Assembly: GCA_963788625.1 (NCBI GenBank)
Contig: CAWBHB010000001.1
Span: 1,031,939 to 1,095,938 of the forward strand
Origin: an uncultured Gemmatimonadales bacterium
Lineage (GTDB): Bacteria; Gemmatimonadota; Gemmatimonadetes; Gemmatimonadales; GWC2-71-9
Reading direction: 5' to 3'
DNA length: 64,000 bases
Below are positions 57,601 to 64,000 of this stretch, one piece after another; position 1 is the first letter of the stretch; every line of letters starts with the position of its first letter. A model generated the notes under the pieces. That model was not told the DNA's origin. It saw only the letters and a program-made list of their open reading frames with translations, and did no database searches. The position numbers and the translations under genes were made by a program.

Positions 57601-57994
57601 TCTGTTCAACTTCAGGAACATCCTGCAGGTCTTCACCACGACCAACGACATTACCAACGCGAAAGAACAGGAAGAGATCGAGCGCGGCGAGCTGGCCGAT
57701 TACCAGGCCGAAGCGGGAGCCAACAACGCGCTGGTGACGAGTGGTCCGAACGCCGGTGACATCGACCTGACCGCGAACTCCTGCGCCATCTGGGTGACCT
57801 CGGACGCGGTGGCGGCTCCGCCCAACTGTATCTACATGCAGCGGACCGAGCAGCGGTACGGCGATGGAGATGGGATCTTCACGGTAGCGGAGCAGACCCG
57901 CGCGGTGGATGCGGTGTACAACCACATCCGCGGTGAGCAGAACTTCACGGGTCCCGAGCGGCGGGTTCGCCTCGGCGTGGAACTGAGCTTCTAA
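54638..57994 (+). CDS. TonB-dependent receptor with an N-terminal CarboxypepD_reg-like domain
   Basis: The start is taken at ATG 54638 (MKERSVSALARL... signal peptide). It has GKIEGRVRDQAGAPIASAQVRINGT...GYYFINNVPSGVYEL (CarboxypepD_reg), a plug region (ITIRGGRTDEAVTYIDGVPV), and a long beta-barrel ending ...RVRLGVELSF. Confidence 0.85.
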   Translation: MKERSVSALARLTRWVACAAVALTLGAGTLLAQATGKIEGRVRDQAGAPIASAQVRINGTAFGAVANSQGYYFINNVPSGVYELVGTFVGYKPVGVAGLRVAAGQTITQDFTLEQTPIEITEITVVGAQNALVPRDQVTTKQSLQGDFVEKLPVDRIQDVLALQPGVVASSGSRTITIRGGRTDEAVTYIDGVPVSPGNRGGGFVGMDGGTIAVSPGGFEDASVTTGASSAEFGNAQSGVIAVQTRGGGSAWSGTLGYESDALTGLNNSVGYSRVRVGFGGPITGNLSFYLDGNLVGQTTGGSADFPLPGTAQGFSSEKAPIMVSAGIDTTVAVPVSGGVDSVDIYKFAMYRGDCDAFKSAGSADPSNPHVADIRNNYGLDCRGGQAPVSPTSTYQTGAKLAYTYGTGSRAALSFLRNQLNTRNFSYSRMFGTSVDFDALYTANNVATLNITQNLSKSAERALALDVYGSYQWDRVNEGPLTSSSESDTRNPWGGFIIKPMDFQFNFDNFPLDQELIRNFQRNKGRRSPFDLDNPGQYELFDQYRNNPYSTSSRGPVNNDLGVNFFDGGGPNRRISMYKEDRAVGKANLDWQVDRYNRVKLGGEYTKYYITNYSMQLTSQAFSDAYKEQPTRWNAFVEDRLDLGDLVLVGGLRYDWYKTGASRPYYTDSLGNRSWFPRISTMPGFNSSDPDAIMVEDQSHNYLSPHVQVSFPVTERTNFRLSYAHQVQAPDFGLILGGINTDLSVTNTNHFYGSDLDFGKTITFEFGIRHSFSDDMVLDISAYNKDKLSDAAGRLVSFYDPFKQAPVDIRVVTNADFGNARGVDIRFDRRFGELFNGTLAYTFEDAKNTGSDPSTYINFGSRVLNALSGGNNPPPQAILTTDQNRPHNLAGQLALNFPDNWHEGTTGGTIFQNVGVFATFRFASGTPYTRCPGDSGDDNVLSGTVCARRIEGDYNGARLPMLKIFDMKLTKGFRMGGVDLTAYADVRNLFNFRNILQVFTTTNDITNAKEQEEIERGELADYQAEAGANNALVTSGPNAGDIDLTANSCAIWVTSDAVAAPPNCIYMQRTEQRYGDGDGIFTVAEQTRAVDAVYNHIRGEQNFTGPERRVRLGVELSF

Positions 57995-58009
57995 GGCGTA
58001 GCCGGTTGA

Positions 58010-58051
58010 CCGGTCCGGGGCGTCGCCCCGGGCCGGGCACCACGTTTTTTT
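58010..58051 (+). terminator. Intrinsic terminator after the receptor gene
   Basis: ccggtccggggc gtc gccccgggccgg (about 12-bp stem), then gcaccacg and a T7 run (58044-58051). Confidence 0.6.
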
Positions 58052-58069
58052 CTCTCTGGAGAGGATGCA

Positions 58070-61000
58070 ATGCACTCACGATTCCGTACGAGAGGGGCGC
58101 TTACAGCAGCCCTGATCGCGCTGGCGATCGCGGCCCTGCTTCCCAGCGTGGCGGACGCGCTGCCGAAGCCGGGTGCGAAGCCGCGCGGGTTTCGCCTGTT
58201 CGCGCGTAGCGGCAGCGTGCTGGGCGCACTGACCGGCAACCGGGTCTACTGCGGCCTGGCCACCGACGGCCGGGTCTGCGTGGACTCCACTAACTCGTCC
58301 ACCATCGGCGGTGGGTTCTGGCCCAAGGGTACCCCGGACCAGTACGTCTTCAACTCGGGTCTGCAGCTGGCCGGTATCATCGGCTCGAACGGCGGTGCCT
58401 GGGCGGGTGACACCGTCGGCGCCTTCTTCTTCGACCCGAAGGGCACCACCGAGCATGGCGAACCGGTCAACGTCAGCACCGTCACCCCCGCCATCCAGGG
58501 CCTGTACAATTCGTCGCGCGCCGACGACCTGGCCGAGTGGCCGGACGCCGCCTGCGTTCCGAACGGCGATGTCACCGCCAACTTCTTTGACCCGGCGCTG
58601 CAAACCGATCCGGGCAACGTGGCCAACCCCAATTGCCGCAAGTTTGCCTCGCAGCAGGACGTGTGGTTCCTGTCGTGGGAAGGCAACGGGGCCCTGAACG
58701 CCGGCCGCAAGCACCCGCTCGGCATCATGGTGGAGACCCGGGGCATGACCTGGAATTTCCCGGTCGGCAACGAGGACATCCTGTACTTCATCTATACGTT
58801 TTACAACATCACCTCCCTCAACGCGGCCGACTATGCGGCGGTTCGGCCGTCCATACAGCCGGTGTTGATGGAGCGGGCGCAGAAGTTCCACGACATAAGC
58901 CTGCAGCGCTTCGGGGTCACCATTCCCCAAGGCGGCTACTCGATCGATAACCTGTTCGCGGCGTTCTCGGCCGACATGGACGTGGCAGAAGCGGGTGCGA
59001 ACTACTCCTCGGTGAACCTGCCGTTCGCGCTGGGCTACGTCTATGCCCACGACTATCGAGGGTGCCGCCGGGTGGCAGTTCGATCCTTCGATCTTCCGGT
59101 CGCCGTTCTTCGCGGGCGCTGGATTCGTCGGCGTGAAGTACCTGGCCAGCCCGACCGGAGCCGGCGTCATCAACCTGTTCAGCAACACGATCAACCAGGG
59201 CGCCTTCGACGACGCCCAGAACACGATTCAGCTGTACCGGTACCTCTCGGGGAACATCAACAACGCGGCGGGCGATGCCTCCTGTACCTACAGCCCGACT
59301 GCGGATCACATCTGCTTCGTGAACACCAGCGGCCCGGACGACATGCGGTTCTTCCAGTCGTCGACTCCGCTCACCCTGGGGCCGGGCCAATTCGGCTCCA
59401 TCGTGGTGGCCTACGTGTTCGCGGCGCCGGTGGGCCCCCAGCCGGTGTGCGGCAATCCGAACAACTGCATCGTGCCGGGCAACCCGACCTTCCTCAGCGA
59501 TCCGGTCCGGATGGCGAATGGAACGGGCGCCAGCACGGTGGATACCATCTCGGGATTCCGGGACTGGAACGACGTGAACGGCGACGGTGTGGTCGAGCAG
59601 TCCGAGTTCACGGTGGTGAACGGCTCGCTCCTCCAGAAGTCGATCTTCGCCCAGGTGCTCTTCGACGCGAAGTTCCTGCTGCCGGCAGCACCGGCGTCGC
59701 CCGAGTTCTTCCTGATTCCCGGCAACAATCAGGTGACGGTGCTGTGGCAGCCGTCCAGCACCGAGACCGGGGCCGGCGATCCCTTCTTCCAGGTGGCGAG
59801 CAGTCCGCTGCGTAGCGGGACCCCGAACCCGTTCTACGATCCGGGATACAAGCAGAACGACGTGGAGGGCTACCGGGTCTACCGCGGTCGGGTGGACTCT
59901 CCCGAACGAGATGACCCTGCTGGCTCAGTTCGACTACGCCGGCACCTCACTTCCCGACTATACCGGCACGATCAACACCGACCTGGATTGTGCTCCCGAG
60001 TTCGGGCTCACTACCTCATGCCCCGGCCTCGTCGTGAATAACAAGGACGGCACCGACATCGGGGCGAGCGTTACGCCGGTTGACGTGCCTCTGGTCAGCC
60101 CGGTCATCCAGGTTCGTCCGGGCCCGGCCCGGGTGCTCCTGGCCAACGGGACGGCGCAGGTCATTACCGCCGACACCGCGGTGAATGGCGGCGGGCTCGC
60201 CGGTCCGTGCGGGCCCAAGAGCGTTTGCAGGCCGCTGGAGGACACCGGCGTACCCTTCGTTTACGTCGACGGGACGCCGCGGAACAACTTCCGGTACTTC
60301 TACTCGGTTACCGCGTTCGACGTGAACTCCTTCCAGTCGGGTAACTCGAGCCTGGAGTCGCCACGGTCCACCAAGGCGGTGACTCCGGTGAGTCCGGCGT
60401 CGAACTACAGCTCCAGCGGCTCGATCTCCTCGGGAGTCATGGGCCGGGGCGTCCGGGTGGATTCGCTCATCACGGCCGAACCAACCCTTGACCCGACTAC
60501 CGGCCAGTTCAGCGGGCCGTTCCCGCCGGCCGACGGCGGCTCACTGGCGTTCGTCGGACAATTCGTAACACCGCTGTTCGCAGCAGCCCGGGACGATTAC
60601 CGCCGAGCTGGTGGATTTGACCCTCGGCGATGCCCGTAACGGCATCCTCGCGACCTACACCTTCAAGGTTTACCGGCTCCGACGGTGACGTGACTAACGT
60701 GACGCTGCCCATCCAGCAGCAGCTCGATGGCAGCACGGTTTCCGCCGGCTCGGCTCCGGTGCCGGTCGCCACGGCCGATCCCAAGCTGTCGGCGGGCTAC
60801 GGTATCCCGGCCGGCATCAAGCTCTCCGGCGTGGTGGCCACCAGGCTTACGAGTTACCAGATCACCAACGCCTGGGGCCGTGGCTGCTTCGACGCGGCGA
60901 TCAGTTCTCCAGGGGGCACTGTGCGAGGAGTGCATGTACAACGGACCCCGCTGGTTCGATGGGGCCAACGAATCACGACCCCTGACCCGCACGGCGGGAA

Positions 61001-62092
61001 CGACGGCGGGACCGTCGCGGCGAGCAATGCCGGGCATCTCACCGGTGTCAACACCGTGCAGACCTGGCATACCTTCCTGAATACCGACAACGGCTGGCGG
61101 ACGGTGGAGGCTACCCTCGGCGCCGCGATCCGTGCGGCTGACTATCAAGGTCTACTGGGGCACTACGCCGGGGACAGTCGATTCAGTCATCGACGTCACC
61201 CACAACGTGCCGGTTCCCTTCCAGGCCAACAACCTGGGAGGCGGCTGGGGTATTCTGAACGAGGCCGGACAGACCGGAGCCGGGTCGTTCGATACCCGTA
61301 CCAACGTGGTGACAATGGCCGACTTCGGTTGTGTCGAGCCGGCGCTGAGTGGCTCCGCCTCCGCTGGATTTGGCGGAGACTATCCCGTGCGCGGCTGCCG
61401 CGCCGTACGTGATGGACGATCGGCATCATCCCGGGAACGTGGCGTTCGCCGCCGGTGCTGCCCACCGAACGTGCCGACGGCTGCCGGCGGTTCCGAATGG
61501 CTTCGTGATGTATGTCACCGGTCACATGTTCCTGTTCGATCTGACGGCCGCGATGCCGGCCCAACCCACGGTGTGGACGCTGCGGAGTTACATCGGCGTC
61601 GATCTTCGGCGGTAACGGCGCCGGCGGAAACTTCGGGCCCTACGCCTTCGTGCCGGATACGAGCGACCTTCTCGGCGCTGGGGGCGTCAGCTGGTTATCA
61701 GCTACCAGGCGGTCAACCATGTCGCCTCGGCGGTGACGCTGGACCTGAAGCAGGTCCACACGGTACCGGATCCGTACTACGTCACCAGCGAGTTCGAGCA
61801 GACCACGGACACCAAGTTCATCAAGTTCGTGAACCTGCCGGCCAAGGCCATCATCCGGATCTACTCGTCGAGCGGAGTCCTGGTGAACGTGCTGGAGAAC
61901 CCGGGCACGACCTGCCAGAACTTCGATAACCTGTTCCCCGGTGCCGCGGACAATCCGACCGGCGGCGAGTGCAGCTGGAATGTGCGGAACCGGAACAATC
62001 AGGTGGTCGCGAGCGGCGTGTACTTCTATCACATCGAATCCGGCGACGCCCGCAGGGTCGGCCGGTTTACGGTGGTCAACTTCGCCCAGTAG
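58070..62092 (+). pseudogene. Giant secreted protein (about 1340 aa) with a C-terminal sorting-type beta-sandwich domain, about 10 frameshifts in this assembly
   Basis: Signal peptide MHSRFRTRGALTAALIALAIAALLPSVADA. The coding sense hops between track ORFs 58070.., 59043.., 59911.., a frame-2 piece at 60590-60683, 60630.., 60727.., 61132.., 61349.., a frame-0 piece at about 61600-61690, and 61733..62092. The C-terminus ...VHTVPDPYYVTSEF...FVNLPAKAIIRIYSSSGVLV...VASGVYFYHIESGDARRVGRFTVVNFAQ resembles T9SS/FlgD-Ig-type C-terminal domains. Confidence 0.65.
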
Positions 62093-62101
62093 TGATACCG
62101 T

Positions 62102-62128
62102 GGGGCCAGGCGGTCTCCGCCTGGCCCC
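62102..62128 (+). terminator. Stem-loop after the giant gene (12-bp stem, no T tract)
   Basis: ggggccaggcgg tct ccgcctggcccc. Confidence 0.4.
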
Positions 62129-62152
62129 CAAGCACCCAGGAGATCGCAAGCT

Positions 62153-63275
62153 ATGATCGAGAATCTTCCCAAGCGCCTGGTGCTGCTGGCGGCCCTGCTG
62201 GGTGGTCTCCCGGTCGGCCTCGCGGCTCAGGCCGGGACTGACCAGGACAACACGCCGTACGGCACCACCTCGGCCGAGTTCCTGCTGCTCGGCGCCGGGG
62301 CGCGTGGCGCGGCACTCGGCAGCGCGTTCGCGAGCATCGCCAACGACGTCAGCGCACTGTACTACAACCCGGCCGGCACCGCGCTCATGACGCGGCCCGG
62401 CCTCATGGTCGGGACCTACGACTACGTCGCGGATACCCGCTACAGCTGGGGCGGCTTCGCCTTCCCCTTCAGCGGCGGCGCTCGCGCCGTCGGCGTGCAG
62501 ATCGGTACCTTCGGCTTCAAGGACCAGCCGGTCTACACCACCGACCAGCCGGACGGCACCGGGTCGGTGTACTCGGTCAATGAAACCTTCGTCGGCTTGA
62601 CCTTCGCCCAGAACTTCTCGGACCGCTTCTCGGCGGGTATTACCGCGAAGTACGTGTTCGGACAATCTGGGCGATGCCAGCGGGAATGCGTTCGCGGTGG
62701 ACTTCGGCACCAACTTCCACGCTTCGCTGAACAATCACCCGGTCAAGTTCTCGTTCGTGCTGTCCAACCTGGGGACCGACCTCAGCTATACCGGCAACGC
62801 GCTGAACAGCGAGACACCCCGGACGCCGCTGCCCGGCGAGGATCCCGTGCCGTCGGCGCCCCAGCCTTCGGAGCTGAGGACCAAGGGCTTCCCGCTCCCC
62901 ACGACGTTCCGGGTCGGACTGGCCTATGATATCGTGACCGGAACGGAGAACCGGCTGACCTTCCTGGCCGACTTCAACCAGCCCAACAACAACAAGGCCG
63001 GCTTCTCCGGCGGCGCGGAGTGGATGTCCAAGAACCTCGGTGGGTCCGCCTTCGGCGCCGCCATCCGGGGCAGCTACACCTACTTCCCCTCCAACAACCT
63101 GAATCCCTCGACCCTCCCGACGGCGATGAACGACGAGGAGAACCTCGAGGGTCTGGCCGCTGGCGGTGGACTCTTCTACGCGATGGGCAACTTCAATCTT
63201 GGGGTCGATTACGCCTATCGCTATCTCGGCATCCTCGGGCCAACGCACTTCATCAGCTTTGGCTTGGGGTGGTAA
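62153..63275 (+). pseudogene. PorV/PorQ-like outer-membrane beta-barrel protein, one frameshift near 62666 in this assembly
   Basis: It has a signal peptide and GAGARGAALGSAFASIANDVSALYYNPAG, typical of the PorV/PorQ family. Track ORFs 62153..62929 and 62697..63275 join as ...ITAKYVFGQ / LGDASGNAFAVDFGTNF.... The C-terminus is ...THFISFGLGW. Confidence 0.6.
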
Positions 63276-63331
63276 TCTGAATTGACCGGTGCCCGGGAGT
63301 CTCTCGGACTCCCGGCACTGGAAGGGACGCA

Positions 63332-64000
63332 ATGAATCGGTTGTCGTTGATGGTCGCCCTGGCCGGCGCCGTGGTGGGCGCGGGCTCGGCGATCGCTAAA
63401 CAGTCGGCTCCGGAGTTGTCGCTGCGCGCCTTCCGCTACTATCGGGCGGAAGGGAACCAGACGAGGGTTACGGCCTTCGCCGAGATCCCGCTCAGTGGGA
63501 TGACCCCGACATCGAGTGATCCGGGGGGACAGCTCAGCTACAAGGTCCGGGTCAAGGTTTCGGATTCCACCGGCTTGGCGTTGTACGAGAACAGCTGGAC
63601 CAACCACGCCCGGTCGGATTTGAAGGCCGCTGGCGCCAGTTCGATGGAGGTCGTCGAGTTCAGTCTGGCTCCGGGTCACTTCCGGCTCGATGTCACGGTG
63701 GAGGACTCGGTTTCCGGCCAGCAGATGGCATCCAGCGTGGATCTGGTCGGCTACAGCGGGCCGCCAGGCGCCTCGGACCTCATGCTGTCTCCGGCGATGC
63801 GGCCGGTCACCGGGAGCGACACGCTGCCCAAGCCGGGAGAACGGCGCTGGGGCAACACCCTGGTCACCACCGCGACCCGGCTTCGGCTGACACCGCTCAG
63901 GGCTCGAGCGTTCTACCTGCTCGAAGCCTATGCCGAGAGCGACGAGCCCGGGACGATGTCTGTCGCGGTGACCGACACCGGCGGCAAGGCTCTGATCAAG
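63332..64000 (+). CDS. Hypothetical secreted protein, N-terminal part (runs off the window; possibly a GWxTD-type protein)
   Basis: ATG 63332 with GGAAGGGA upstream. MNRLSLMVALAGAVVGAGSAIA is a signal peptide, and the frame is open to 64000 (223 codons). It is not in the track because no stop is reached. The family guess rests on context only. Confidence 0.55.
   Translation, partial: MNRLSLMVALAGAVVGAGSAIAKQSAPELSLRAFRYYRAEGNQTRVTAFAEIPLSGMTPTSSDPGGQLSYKVRVKVSDSTGLALYENSWTNHARSDLKAAGASSMEVVEFSLAPGHFRLDVTVEDSVSGQQMASSVDLVGYSGPPGASDLMLSPAMRPVTGSDTLPKPGERRWGNTLVTTATRLRLTPLRARAFYLLEAYAESDEPGTMSVAVTDTGGKALIK

Overview
GC-rich (about 65%) bacterial chromosomal segment. The PorV-like outer-membrane protein (OMP), the CarboxypepD_reg TonB-dependent receptor and the sorting-domain giant protein suggest an FCB-group, Gemmatimonadota-like organism; this is inference only. 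Content is mostly housekeeping and transport: cheB (partial), mgtE, cutA, a PAP2 phosphatase, an HTH-TOBE regulator with modABC, pruA, cysK, YceI, a PAS histidine kinase with a LuxR-type response regulator, an amidohydrolase, and a complete pqqABCDE operon preceded by a sigma-54 two-component pair. It continues with a group II PLP decarboxylase, a TetR/TolC-like/EmrA-like/EmrB-like efflux operon, a TPR protein, a double-unit M16 peptidase, a cNMP-binding protein, a CDP-alcohol phosphatidyltransferase, OsmC, DsbA-VKOR-kup, DUF411, acs, a STAS-REC protein with ccmABCD, and aqpZ. The last part holds a DUF92/GGR/flavin reductase/methyltransferase/SRPBCC/KAS cluster, an M24 peptidase, and a surface locus (TonB-dependent receptor, frameshifted giant secreted protein of about 1340 aa, PorV-like OMP, partial secreted protein). 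I found no tRNA, rRNA, CRISPR array, transposase or integrase. Four things stand out. (1) Nine intergenic elements at gene 3' ends are built from tandem 7-nt (sometimes 8-nt) repeats; eight have inverted arms and each locus has its own unit. (2) At least 30 single-base frameshifts break 13 otherwise conserved genes, all downstream of about 19.5 kb. (3) A sigma-54 -24/-12 element plus two dyad sites lie between an NtrC-type activator gene and an unlisted 24-codon pqqA, which is followed by an attenuator hairpin. (4) Two genes appear to start at CTG within a CTGA stop-start overlap. Coordinates of frameshifts and regulatory sites are approximate hand readings.
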